Source: an uncultured virus (IMG/VR IMGVR_UViG_3300010938_000011)
Taxonomy: Duplodnaviria > Heunggongvirae > Uroviricota > Caudoviricetes
IMG/VR virus record: IMGVR_UViG_3300010938_000011
DNA: 37,956 nucleotides
Direction: 5' to 3' (one strand)
In this document: positions 27,671-36,717 of the stretch, piece by piece
Layout: the number at the start of each line of letters is the position of its first letter
How positions within the stretch are numbered: the stretch's first letter is position 1
Made by a program: the position numbers and the translations under genes
Notes under the pieces: generated by a model
Databases searched by the model: none
What the model saw: the letters and a program-made list of their open reading frames with translations, nothing else
What the model was told of the DNA's origin: nothing

Positions 27671-28108
27671 ATGAATAATAATACTAAAATAAAAAACTTT
27701 CTTCAGCTTTTGAAAAATTACTCTACTATTTATATTTATACCAAAGATGAAAATTTTTTAGAAAGTGAGATTATGAATTCTATCTTTAGAATATATGAAG
27801 AAAAGAACTTAAAATATAAAATTCTTACACAAATAGAATATATGCAAGATGTTTCTATAGATTTTAATTATTTAGAAAAATATTCTCTTATAGTTATAGA
27901 TTTTAGGATATCTATCTTTCCAGCTTCAGAAGCTCAAAAAAATTATTTTATATATAAGTTTATGGATCTAATAAATCTTTTAAAAACTTTCAAGTCAAAG
28001 AGAGTTTTATTTGTTTCAGATAAGTCTGAGAATGAAACCTTTTCAAAACTACCTGAAATTTTAAAATTATTAAAAGTACATTTATATATGCCAATAATAA
28101 AAATTTAA
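27671..28108 (+). CDS. Hypothetical protein, possibly a degenerate DnaC/IstB-like fold
   Basis: YLEKYSLIVIDF resembles a Walker B strand; no Walker A is present. Confidence 0.4.
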   Translation: MNNNTKIKNFLQLLKNYSTIYIYTKDENFLESEIMNSIFRIYEEKNLKYKILTQIEYMQDVSIDFNYLEKYSLIVIDFRISIFPASEAQKNYFIYKFMDLINLLKTFKSKRVLFVSDKSENETFSKLPEILKLLKVHLYMPIIKI

Positions 28109-28127
28109 GTAAGGAGGAATACTTAAT

Positions 28128-28796
28128 ATGAGAAATCAAAAATCTTTAATAGAAAGAAGAGTTCAAAAATTTAAGCAAATTTTACTAATAATAAGATTAG
28201 GTATTGTAGGAGTAATACTTTCAAGTTTGTACCATCTAAAGTATATGTTTTCTACAGCTGAAAATTCTGAAAGTGGTTTAGTGCCTTGGATGTTAGCTAT
28301 TACTATAGATTTAGTCTTTCCTGCTATAGCTTATGGTATTTCTGAATATAAAAAATCAAAAGAAAAACCTACTTTACTTTATATAGCTTTAGCATTTTTC
28401 TTTGTTATTACCCTTTATGGTAATACTTATTATGCTATTTCTAAATATTTAGGAATATTTCATTTAGAACTATCTAATATTTCTATGTTAGATCCTTTAG
28501 TTGTTTTAACTTTTATTATTAGTAGTTCCTCTATTCCTATTATAGCTCTTACTTTGGTTAGTTTAAATTCTTTACTTACTTTAAAATTAGAAAAAGAAGA
28601 AGAAAGATTAGCTTATTATGAAGATAAAGAAGAATCTATGAAACAAAAAGAAGAGGCTAAAGCTAAAGGATCTACAAAAGAAAAAAGTACAGTAAAAGAA
28701 CTTCCTAAAGAAGAGAAACCCACTTCTGAAAAAATAGAAGAACCTCAAAATATAGAAGAAGCTAAGGAAGAAGAAGATAAAAAAAAAGCGGTATAA
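28128..28796 (+). CDS. Four-TM membrane protein (DUF2637/Spd-like) with charged tail; the -1 frame continues to 28912
   Basis: Four hydrophobic segments with SSLYHL, WMLAITIDL and LYGN motifs; K/E-rich tail; A9 run at 28779-28787. Confidence 0.6.
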   Translation: MRNQKSLIERRVQKFKQILLIIRLGIVGVILSSLYHLKYMFSTAENSESGLVPWMLAITIDLVFPAIAYGISEYKKSKEKPTLLYIALAFFFVITLYGNTYYAISKYLGIFHLELSNISMLDPLVVLTFIISSSSIPIIALTLVSLNSLLTLKLEKEEERLAYYEDKEESMKQKEEAKAKGSTKEKSTVKELPKEEKPTSEKIEEPQNIEEAKEEEDKKKAV

Positions 28797-28985
28797 ATAA
28801 TATTAGTGAAAGAAAGCCTTCTGCAAAACAAAAGAAATTACCTTCAGGCCCTCTTACTTCTACTGAAATTAATAAGAAAGTAATATTTGTAGATGCTAAA
28901 GATAAAACATAACTTCTTATCTAAAAATTTATTTTTTTATTTTTTTAAATATATTTTAAATTTTAAAAAATAAAGGAGAATAAAA

Positions 28986-29510
28986 ATGATTTTTATAAAG
29001 AGAGAAAATTTTGAAAAAATTGCTTTTGATAAAAATGCTTTTTTAGTAAATTATTTAAATACAGATAAGCACTTATCACAGAACTTAAAAATATCTTATA
29101 AAGAAGGAAAACCTAATTTAGAAATTGATATAAAAGCTGAAAAAGTTCGTTCAGAAATAGGAGAAAAAACTTTTGATTTCGCTAAGAATTTTTTAGCTTA
29201 TTATTTTAATTTAGAAAATTATATTGGTTTAAGCTCTACTAAGACTTATGAAAAAGATTCTATTCATATAGAAAGTTATTATGAATATGAAATTTTATTT
29301 AGTAGAAAAGTATTTGGGCCTTTAAAATATAAGTTTATAATATCTGTAGTAAGCTTATATAATAGTCTCCTATTTTCAAGTAGTAAAATTCTTTCTATAG
29401 AAATAAATGGAGCTAGAAATGTTAATTTACATAAGGAATTATTTGACCATTATTGGTCTTTAATTTGGAAAAAAGCTTATTCACACAAAAATAAAGGAGG
29501 TAAACAATGA
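28986..29510 (+). CDS. Hypothetical protein
   Basis: AAGGAG SD, downstream of an AT-only element. Confidence 0.8.
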   Translation: MIFIKRENFEKIAFDKNAFLVNYLNTDKHLSQNLKISYKEGKPNLEIDIKAEKVRSEIGEKTFDFAKNFLAYYFNLENYIGLSSTKTYEKDSIHIESYYEYEILFSRKVFGPLKYKFIISVVSLYNSLLFSSSKILSIEINGARNVNLHKELFDHYWSLIWKKAYSHKNKGGKQ

Positions 29511-30067
29511 TTATAGATATTTCAAATCACTTAGAACAATCACCTACACTAAAATTACTTCAGCATAGAATAAATGATGATTACACTTTATGGTGTAATT
29601 ATTTTTTCTTTGAAGGAAATAAACATTCCTTTTATGTTCTTTCAGATTTAATGATTTCTAATGGAGGGTTTGGTTTTGTACTACTTGAACCATTCGCAGG
29701 ATTGACAACTGGATTCTTTTTAGATTCTTCTAAAATAGATACACCATTAAAGTATGGTACTTTAATAAATAAAGAAGTATTGTACCAATTACATACTATT
29801 TTTACTTTTGCTGAAATGGATGGTATAAATCCAATTCTATCTTTTGGAGGAAGGAATGAACATGAAAATCTTTCTAAAATTAATGTAGAAATTAATAATC
29901 ATTTGTTTTTAACTTCAATTCCTTCTAATATAGAGCTATTAAAAGAATATACTATAAGTGAAGAAAATTTAGATAAATTTAGAAAGGAATTTATTGTACC
30001 ATTCTATGCTTCTTATATTTCTATAATAGCAAACAATACAATTTATACAATTCGCTATTTAGTTTAA
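29507..30067 (+). CDS. Hypothetical protein
   Basis: AAGGAGGT SD, ATGA-coupled to the upstream gene. Confidence 0.8.
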   Translation: MIIDISNHLEQSPTLKLLQHRINDDYTLWCNYFFFEGNKHSFYVLSDLMISNGGFGFVLLEPFAGLTTGFFLDSSKIDTPLKYGTLINKEVLYQLHTIFTFAEMDGINPILSFGGRNEHENLSKINVEINNHLFLTSIPSNIELLKEYTISEENLDKFRKEFIVPFYASYISIIANNTIYTIRYLV

Positions 30068-30086
30068 AAATAAAAGGAGATAAACT

Positions 30087-30710
30087 ATGATATTAGAATT
30101 AGATAATAAAAATAGACATGATACTTTTTTCGAGAAAGAGGATAACATTATAATAGTTGGAAGATTAGAAGAATTTAATCTTAATTTAGGTAAAAAAGTA
30201 ACATGCTTATTTCCAGTACAAACTTTAATTTCATTTGGAAATTTAGGTGTATTCTTTCCTACTATATTATTTCCAGACAATTTTCATATATCTGGTGAAG
30301 ATCCTAAATTAGTTTTATTTATAGATACTTCTTCAGTAGAAAAAACAGAAAAAGATTTTTTAGAATTTTCTGAAAATTTAGCTTCTAAATTAGAAGAATA
30401 TGTAGAATATATACAATCTCTTCCATCAGAAGATGAAGGAGAATTTCCTACAGGAGTTAGAAATTCTTTAGCAATAAGCCAAAATACTTTAAATGAGCCT
30501 TTAATAGCTATTAGTTCTACAATATTTCTTCCTAAATCTCATGCACTTTCCTATAAAAATATACAAAAAGCTACTAAGAAAATATATGGAAAGAAATATA
30601 TAGCAACAGAAAGTCTCTTAAGAAATGTAAAAGCTAATAAATATTTAATGTCTGAAGTAGTAAAGCTACTTATAGGTGAAAATACATGGAGCTCTACATT
30701 TTTCTTCTAA
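30087..30710 (+). CDS. Hypothetical protein
   Basis: AAGGAG SD. Confidence 0.8.
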   Translation: MILELDNKNRHDTFFEKEDNIIIVGRLEEFNLNLGKKVTCLFPVQTLISFGNLGVFFPTILFPDNFHISGEDPKLVLFIDTSSVEKTEKDFLEFSENLASKLEEYVEYIQSLPSEDEGEFPTGVRNSLAISQNTLNEPLIAISSTIFLPKSHALSYKNIQKATKKIYGKKYIATESLLRNVKANKYLMSEVVKLLIGENTWSSTFFF

Positions 30711-30720
30711 GGAGGATTAT

Positions 30721-30786
30721 ATGGATTTTGGTTGGTGGTATTTTTTTGTTTTCTTACCACTTATTATTTTTTTAACAAAATTTGGG
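30721..30786 (+). pseudogene. Small membrane-peptide gene interrupted by the IS remnant
   Basis: AAGGAGG followed by MDFGWWYFFVFLPLIIFLTKFG, which then runs into the IS left end. Confidence 0.55.
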
Positions 30787-30981
30787 CAAGAAGTCTCCAT
30801 CTTCTACAGGGTGGAAATGAATTGCCACTTGACGAAATGCAAAATAAGGAGTATACTCTATATTGCTTAGCGATAGCCAAGCTAAGTGTAGGACTGGAAC
30901 AGTCCGAACTTATGCCTGTGGAGGAGCGGGTAGCTCAGATGAAGCAGGAAGCTTCATGCTCTATAGCGTAGAGTGGTTCAC
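30787..30981 (+). mobile_element. Non-autonomous IS200/IS605-family mini-element (left-end hairpin, promoter, tnpB 3' tail/omega-RNA, right end)
   Basis: A GC-richer island. Left end CAAGAAG-hairpin(tccatctt/agggtgga)-ATGAATTG. The translated tail GLEQSELMPVE..MKQEA is typical of tnpB 3' ends. Right end GAAG-hairpin-GGTTCAC. Confidence 0.85.
30829..30857 (+). promoter_or_regulatory. sigma-70-type promoter inside the IS remnant
   Basis: TTGACG-17 nt-TATACT. Confidence 0.8.
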
Positions 30982-31001
30982 TGTATTCTATAATTTTTGA
31001 T
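30864..31001 (+). ncRNA. Putative TnpB omega-RNA (reRNA) scaffold plus guide
   Basis: Starts downstream of the promoter; contains stems cttagc/gctaag and ggactg/cagtcc; the scaffold ends at TCAC 30981, so the flank tgtattctataatttttgat would be the guide. Confidence 0.6.
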
Positions 31002-31032
31002 GATGAAGACTAAAAAAGGAGGTACTAAAAAA

Positions 31033-32736
31033 ATGACTAAAAAATATAGAGTTCTTTCTGATGTAGAACATGTTTTATTAAGGCCTACAATGTATGTAGG
31101 CGAAACTTCTCCTATAAATATAGAAACTTTTGTATATGAAAATGAAAAGCTAATTCAGAAAAAAATAAATTTAGAAATTTTCATTTATAAAATGTTTGAT
31201 GAGATCCTAACTAATTCTATAGATGAAAGTAAGAAAAATCCTAAGCTAAATAAAATAGAAATAACAATAGATTCTCCTCTTATAGAAATAAAAGATAATG
31301 GAGGAATAGAAGTTAAGAAATTTATAGATAATAAATATCTTCCTGAAGTCTTATTCTCTTATTTAAGAGCTGGTAGTAATTTTGATAATCAAGAACAAGA
31401 AGTAACTGGAATGTATGGAGTAGGAGCTTCTTTAGTAAATATTTTCTCTAAGTATTTTAAAGTAGAGACTGCTTTAAATGGAAAAAGATTTATAGGAGAA
31501 TGGAGAAATAATTCTTTAGAAAAAGATATAAAAATAGACAATTGTAAAGAAAATTATACAAAGGTTAGCTTTATATTAGATGAAAGTAAAATTCCATACG
31601 AATTTAATTTAGATACGAAAAACTTCTTAATTAGAAGAATTATTGATTTTACTTATCAAGCTAACCATATACAATTCTATTTAAATGGAAAGGCTTTACC
31701 TAAAATTACTTCATTTGAAAAATATTGTAAATTATATTCAACTCATATAGATAAAATTTATGAGACTAAAAAATTAAGCTTTTGTTTATTCGATCCTTCT
31801 GAAATAAAGATAAAAGAATCTTTTGTGAATGGAAATTTAACTTTAGAGCATGGATATCATGTAAATTTTCTTTTAAAAGAATTGTCTTCTAGAGTAAGTG
31901 AAGATTTACAGAATTTGCTTAAAAATAATTTAAGCTTTTTGCTTATTCTAAATACTAAAGAACCAAAATATTCTTCTCAAGATAAATACAAATTTATAGG
32001 AAAAGACTTTTCTAACCTTTATATTAATAAAGCTTTTATAGAAGAATCTAAAACTTATCAGTATTTATTAGATTTAAGAAATGTAGCTAATAAGAAAGAA
32101 ATAGAAAAGGAAATTAGAAAGATAAAAAGATCTTCTATACCTCATTACTTTGAAGCTACTTCTAAGAAAGATAAAATCCTATTTATTACTGAAGGAGAAT
32201 CAGCTGCTTTAGCTGGTAAATCTGTAAGATCTTCCAATATGGCTTTTTATTCATTAAGAGGTAAATTTATTAATGTTACAGCTCCTACCAATAAACTAAA
32301 TAAAAATGAAGAATTCAAAAATCTTTCCTATATTCTTAAGAATGAAACTTTCGATAAAATAGTTATTATGTCTGATTTAGATTATGATGGTAATGCTATT
32401 GCTGCTTTATTAATAAATTTCTTTTATTCTTACTTTCCAGAAATTATTAAGGAAGGAAAGCTGTATAGATTTGTATCTCCATTAATTAAAGCAGACAATG
32501 AATTCTTTGCTTCAATAAAAGAATTTCAAGCTTCTAATAAAAAATATAAAGAAGTAAAATACTGTAAAGGATTAGGTTCTTTTACCATGAAAGACTTTAA
32601 AATATTCTTTTCTAATTTAGATAACTACTTAATGGTTTTAGAATATACAAAAGATACTCCTGTATGGTTAGAAAGATTATTTTCTAAATCTCATGAGAGT
32701 ATAGAATGGAGAAAGCAATGGCTTCAATACAAATAA
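31033..32736 (+). CDS. Type IIA topoisomerase large (ATPase+TOPRIM) subunit, T4 gp39/60-like
   Basis: EHVLLRPTMYVG, FDEILTNSIDE, DNGG, GSNFD, GMYGVGASLVN, ITEGESA, LRGK, MSDLDYDG and KGLGS. The true start is ATG 31033 after AAGGAGGT (the track gives 30997). Confidence 0.95.
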   Translation: MTKKYRVLSDVEHVLLRPTMYVGETSPINIETFVYENEKLIQKKINLEIFIYKMFDEILTNSIDESKKNPKLNKIEITIDSPLIEIKDNGGIEVKKFIDNKYLPEVLFSYLRAGSNFDNQEQEVTGMYGVGASLVNIFSKYFKVETALNGKRFIGEWRNNSLEKDIKIDNCKENYTKVSFILDESKIPYEFNLDTKNFLIRRIIDFTYQANHIQFYLNGKALPKITSFEKYCKLYSTHIDKIYETKKLSFCLFDPSEIKIKESFVNGNLTLEHGYHVNFLLKELSSRVSEDLQNLLKNNLSFLLILNTKEPKYSSQDKYKFIGKDFSNLYINKAFIEESKTYQYLLDLRNVANKKEIEKEIRKIKRSSIPHYFEATSKKDKILFITEGESAALAGKSVRSSNMAFYSLRGKFINVTAPTNKLNKNEEFKNLSYILKNETFDKIVIMSDLDYDGNAIAALLINFFYSYFPEIIKEGKLYRFVSPLIKADNEFFASIKEFQASNKKYKEVKYCKGLGSFTMKDFKIFFSNLDNYLMVLEYTKDTPVWLERLFSKSHESIEWRKQWLQYK

Positions 32737-32797
32737 ATTTTTTATTTATTTATAAATAAAATTTTAATTAAATTAAAAAATTAAAGGAGGTTTAAAA

Positions 32798-33170
32798 ATG
32801 ATTTATATAACTCCTGTTTCTGAAGTAAAAAAGGATTTTATGTTAAGGAAGGAATTAGTTTTAGAAAGAGTAATGAAAAAACCAATCTTTATAAATTATA
32901 AAAATTCCTATTATATTTATGTTAAGAAGAAAGATTGGCCTTATCTATTTAGAGTTCTATCTATCTTACCAAACAAACCAACTTTAGTTAATTTGCTTAT
33001 AAGATTAAAAAAGAGTATGTTCTGAAATCCATTTAGATTATAAGCTTAGAAATTTTATAGACTTAGAAGGATGTCAGCCTAAGTCTGATGAAACTGTAGA
33101 GGTTGAAATTGATTATTTTGAATCAGGTAAATATCATACTAATATTATAGCAGTTTTTAATAAAAACTAA
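32798..33170 (+). pseudogene. Paralogue-array gene 1, +1 frameshift at A6 (33007-33012)
   Basis: The track ORF stops at 33025; the +1 frame continues RVCSEIHLDY..VEVEIDYFESGKYHTNIIAVFNKN* to 33170, abutting the next SD. Confidence 0.7.
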
Positions 33171-33183
33171 AAGAGGTAAAAAA

Positions 33184-33402
33184 ATGATTATATAAAAGGA
33201 GATAACAATATTTTCATTTTAAATGAGAGATTTAGAATTTCAGTAGAACTTAAAAATAGAAAGTCTTTAATATATTATCTAAAAAGAGGAAGATGTAGTA
33301 ATTCAAAAAGAACCTTTGAGTACTTCAAATTTAGAATCAGAAATAAACAATCTTTCAAAAATGAAAAGCAACGAAGAATTCCTAAGAAGTATTTTTGACT
33401 AA
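33184..33402 (+). pseudogene. Paralogue-array gene 2, two frameshifts
   Basis: GAGGT SD + ATG ATT, then the -1 frame reads YIKGDNNIFIL..YYLK, then frame 0 resumes after A5 (33281-33285) as EEDVVIQKE..RSIFD*. Confidence 0.55.
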
Positions 33403-33427
33403 AAGAAAATATTAAGGAGAGGTAAAT

Positions 33428-33844
33428 ATGATATCGATTTATGAAAAAGGTAAGCTTAAAAATATTGTTATATATAAAGATTTAGAAACAACCTTTTTTA
33501 GTAAAAGTAAAAAGATTGCTCTTAAATTTAAAAAATTAAATATGGAAATGGAGTTAAGGACTCATTCTTTTTTACCTTACGCAGATATTTTTATAGAAAA
33601 GTTTTATCCTTGTAAGGATGTAGACGAAATAATAGAAGAGTTAAAGGAATATAGCACCTCTATTTATTTTTATAATAAGAACAATGCAATTCGTTATAAT
33701 GGAAGAGTAAATCATCTTTCAAAAGAAGACGAAATACTCTCTATTTCTCTATTTATAGAAAATTTAAGTTATGATTATTCCTTTATAACTAGCTTTTTAC
33801 TAATAAACAAACTAAAAGAAGATATTAAGGAGAAAAACATATGA
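33428..33844 (+). CDS. Paralogue-array gene 3 (intact), hypothetical
   Basis: SD; MISIYEKG start; 138 aa. Confidence 0.75.
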   Translation: MISIYEKGKLKNIVIYKDLETTFFSKSKKIALKFKKLNMEMELRTHSFLPYADIFIEKFYPCKDVDEIIEELKEYSTSIYFYNKNNAIRYNGRVNHLSKEDEILSISLFIENLSYDYSFITSFLLINKLKEDIKEKNI

Positions 33845-34245
33845 TTCATGTAAAAAAAGATGGAATATATTATATGTTTTTTACTAAAGAAATTTCAACT
33901 TGGTTTAGTCAGTACACTCCAAAATCTATTATTTATCCTATAAGAGGAAGAGATATTAATTTTCATACAGAAAATGATATTGAGAAAAGTCTCTTTAGAA
34001 ATATTATAGAATTTGTAGGAAATAATTTAGAAAAGCTAACAAACTTAAATGTAGCTTATGAGTATTTAAAAGATTTTGCTTATTATTTAGCTATAGAAGA
34101 TTATGCTAATCCTATTTCTACAGAAAAAGAACCTTATCTAAGAAGTCCTGGAGAGAATTGCATTACCTTTTCTATATTCTATGAAAAGGAAGGAGTTAAT
34201 CTAGTTGGAGTAATTCATAAAGATTTTTTAACAGAAAGAGCTTGA
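33841..34245 (+). CDS. Paralogue-array gene 4 (intact), hypothetical
   Basis: SD; MIHVKKDG start; 134 aa. Confidence 0.75.
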   Translation: MIHVKKDGIYYMFFTKEISTWFSQYTPKSIIYPIRGRDINFHTENDIEKSLFRNIIEFVGNNLEKLTNLNVAYEYLKDFAYYLAIEDYANPISTEKEPYLRSPGENCITFSIFYEKEGVNLVGVIHKDFLTERA

Positions 34246-34246
34246 T

Positions 34247-34665
34247 ATGATATCAATTAAAAAAACTTCTGATGAAATATACTTATTAACTTTTAATAGA
34301 ACTGTTTTTTATGATTCTTCTATTTACTATGAGATCAAAAAGATTAATATTATTGAAGAAAAAGTTTCTATAGAACTTTGTTTAGGAACTCCTATAAATA
34401 AAATTGATTTATTAATAAAGACTTTTCAAGAGCTAAATTATGAAAAAAGTAATTTATATAAGTTATACAATCTTTTATATAAAGTTTCTATTGATATAGG
34501 ATTATATTCTCCTTCAAAAATACCTTTTAAAGTTTTGGAGGATGTAAATGAGAAAAATTATCCTATTGGTAACTTTTCTTCCTACTTTAAAATAATATTT
34601 TAGGAGGAGATTGGATAATAAAAGGAACTTCTAGTCCTGAGCTTTTAGAAAAAGCTAAATTGTAA
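34247..34665 (+). pseudogene. Paralogue-array gene 5, -1 frameshift at T6 (34596-34601)
   Basis: The track ORF stops at 34603; the -1 frame continues LGGDWIIKGTSSPELLEKAKL* to 34665, where the stop overlaps the next SD. Confidence 0.7.
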
Positions 34666-34677
34666 GGAGGAATCTTT

Positions 34678-35107
34678 ATGATATACATATCAAAATATTT
34701 AGACATAATATGTTTTGAGAATCCAACTTTGCTTATTTATGATATAAAAAACAATAAAGAGCGCTTTATCTATTTATGCTTCATTAAAAATGAAAGATAA
34801 AATTTCTATGGTAGAATTCTTCCTTCGCTTAAAAAATTTATCTATTCAACAGATATTTGAAGTTCTTAAATCATCTAGTAAGGATCTACACCTATTTGAA
34901 GATGAAGAAGGAAGCTTCTTACCAACTATGCCAAAATCCTATAAAACAAAAAAGAACTTGGCTAATCTATTTGAAGTCAGAATTCTGCTTAAAGATTTTA
35001 CATCAAGGAGCTTTGTAATAAAAGGTATTTTATCAGAAGACTTAATAAAAAAGGAGGTAACTAATTATGATAAAAACCATACCAAAATTTCTAAACGAAG
35101 AATATAA
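34678..35107 (+). pseudogene. Paralogue-array gene 6, +1 frameshift near A5 (34786-34790)
   Basis: AAGGAGG + MIYISKY.. stops at 34800; the SD-less track ORF 34790-35107 is its +1 continuation. Confidence 0.65.
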
Positions 35108-36293
35108 GGAATTCTCGCTTTATAATAATAAGAGAATGATTCCATCTATAATAGATGGATTTAAGCCAGTCCAAAGAAAGATAATATATTCTTTATCAGA
35201 ACGCCCTAATCAGCTTATAAAAGTAACTCAATTAGCTGGTTATGTAATAGCTGAAACAGATTATATTCATGGAGAATCTTCTCTACATCAAGCTATAATT
35301 TCAATGGCTAGAGATTATGAATTCATTTATCCATTACTCATAGCTGAAGGCCAATTTGGAACTAGATTAGAAAGTTCTTCGGCTGCTCCAAGATATCTCT
35401 ACACCAAGCTTAATAAAGAATTATTCTATAGAATCTTTCGAAAAGAAGACGAAATAATATTAAACTATACAGAAGAAGAAGAACCAGAACATTATTATCC
35501 AATTATTCCTTTAGTATTATTACAATCTCAAACAGGATTAGGAGTAGGATTTAAATCCTCCATGACACCATACTCCGCTAAATCTATTATTGAATATATT
35601 CTATCCTATCTAGATGGAAACCCTTCAACTAATATAAAATTAGAAAAGCAATTTCCTTATTATAAAGGAAAAATAGAGCAACTAGAGCTTAATAAATATA
35701 GATATCATTCAGTAATTTCAAAATCAAAAGACGATACTTATATAATAGAAGATCTACCACCTACCTACTCTCTACTAAAAATAAGAGAAAAACTCCTAGC
35801 TTATAAAGAATTAGGATTAATACAGTCCTTTGAAGATCAATCTTCAGAAAACCAATATCATATCATAGTAAGAGGCCTAAAAGATCCATCTATCTTGAAC
35901 ATCGATTCAACAATAACCGACTCGCTTGTATTTTTTGATACAAAAGATACCCTAAAAGAATATTCCTCTGTATACGAAATATTAGACGAATTTATCTCCT
36001 TCCGCTTAAATAAGTATGAAGAAAGAATCAAAAAACAAATCTCTATATTACAAGAAGAGATCTCCTCGCTTAACAAAAAATTAGAAATAATAACCAAAAT
36101 CCTACAAAATCCTAAAGAAATAGATAAAATAGAAGATAGTATATTAAGCCAAATCTCGCTTAACGAATTAAAAAGGTCCAAAATAGAAGACCTAAAATCG
36201 CTTATACAAAATAAATTAAATCAATTAGAATCCTTAAAGAAAACAAAACCTACTATATTATATAAGAAAGAATTACAGGAATTATCATATTGA
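35067..36293 (+). CDS. Type IIA topoisomerase breakage-reunion subunit, T4 gp52-like
   Basis: RMIPSIIDGFKPVQRK, YIHGESSL, GQFGTR, catalytic AAPRY, PIIPLVL and GLGVGF; no GyrA-type C-terminal domain. Confidence 0.95.
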   Translation: MIKTIPKFLNEEYKEFSLYNNKRMIPSIIDGFKPVQRKIIYSLSERPNQLIKVTQLAGYVIAETDYIHGESSLHQAIISMARDYEFIYPLLIAEGQFGTRLESSSAAPRYLYTKLNKELFYRIFRKEDEIILNYTEEEEPEHYYPIIPLVLLQSQTGLGVGFKSSMTPYSAKSIIEYILSYLDGNPSTNIKLEKQFPYYKGKIEQLELNKYRYHSVISKSKDDTYIIEDLPPTYSLLKIREKLLAYKELGLIQSFEDQSSENQYHIIVRGLKDPSILNIDSTITDSLVFFDTKDTLKEYSSVYEILDEFISFRLNKYEERIKKQISILQEEISSLNKKLEIITKILQNPKEIDKIEDSILSQISLNELKRSKIEDLKSLIQNKLNQLESLKKTKPTILYKKELQELSY

Positions 36294-36310
36294 ACCTCTC
36301 TTCTTTATTG

Positions 36311-36343
36311 ACCAGCCTTACAAAAAAGGCTAGTACTTTTTTT
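36311..36343 (+). terminator. Rho-independent terminator 1
   Basis: Stem accagcctt/aaggctagt (one mismatch) followed by T7. Confidence 0.65.
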
Positions 36344-36369
36344 ACCCATCCTACGGACCCTCTACTTTA

Positions 36370-36401
36370 ACCAGTCTCTCTATGAGACTGGTATTTTTTT
36401 T
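36370..36401 (+). terminator. Rho-independent terminator 2
   Basis: Perfect 9-bp stem accagtctc/gagactggt followed by T8. Confidence 0.8.
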
Positions 36402-36546
36402 CCTTATAACTTTTGTCACTAATAAATAATTTTTTTAAAAAAAAAATTAATCTATTCTTGAGTAATACCCTCTGAAGGAGATTTTTCTACTGGCAGCCTT
36501 CTCTCAATGGCCTATGAGCCTATGCTTAAGGATGGCCTTCTTCTGA

Positions 36547-36613
36547 CAGCCTGTACCTATATACCTGACAAACTTTCTTTTCCTACCAGCCTATATCTAT
36601 ATACCTGACAAAC
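36547..36613. repeat. Two 27-bp direct repeats, 40-bp period (iteron-like)
   Basis: cagcct(g/a)ta(c/t)ctatatacctgacaaac at 36547 and 36587; 25 of 27 bases identical. Confidence 0.9.
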
Positions 36614-36663
36614 GGGCCTGTAATTTTTTTTAATTATATAAAATTTAATTTTATAAAATTAAA

Positions 36664-36700
36664 ATAGAAAAGTAAGGGCCTTTTGTCCTTACTTTTCTAT
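36664..36700. promoter_or_regulatory. Perfect 14-bp inverted repeat (operator or 5'-UTR hairpin)
   Basis: atagaaaagtaagg-9 nt-ccttacttttctat, immediately before the SD of ORF 36718. Confidence 0.65.
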
Positions 36701-36717
36701 ATAAAAGGAGAAAGACT

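Noticed and set aside
30676..30971. Track ORFs 30676-30870 and 30732-30971 as real proteins
   Set aside because: They are chimeric read-throughs of a small interrupted gene and the IS remnant; only the tnpB tail is recognisable and there is no RuvC domain.
33005..33036. Programmed -1 frameshift at A_AAA_AAG
   Set aside because: The -1 frame stops after a few codons; the long continuation is in the +1 frame.
8825..36181. Short minus-strand ORFs in the track (8825, 12186, 12350, 15213, 19711, 20983, 24677, 27071, 30059, 35858)
   Set aside because: They are antisense shadows lying within or across well-supported + strand genes and show no recognisable motifs.
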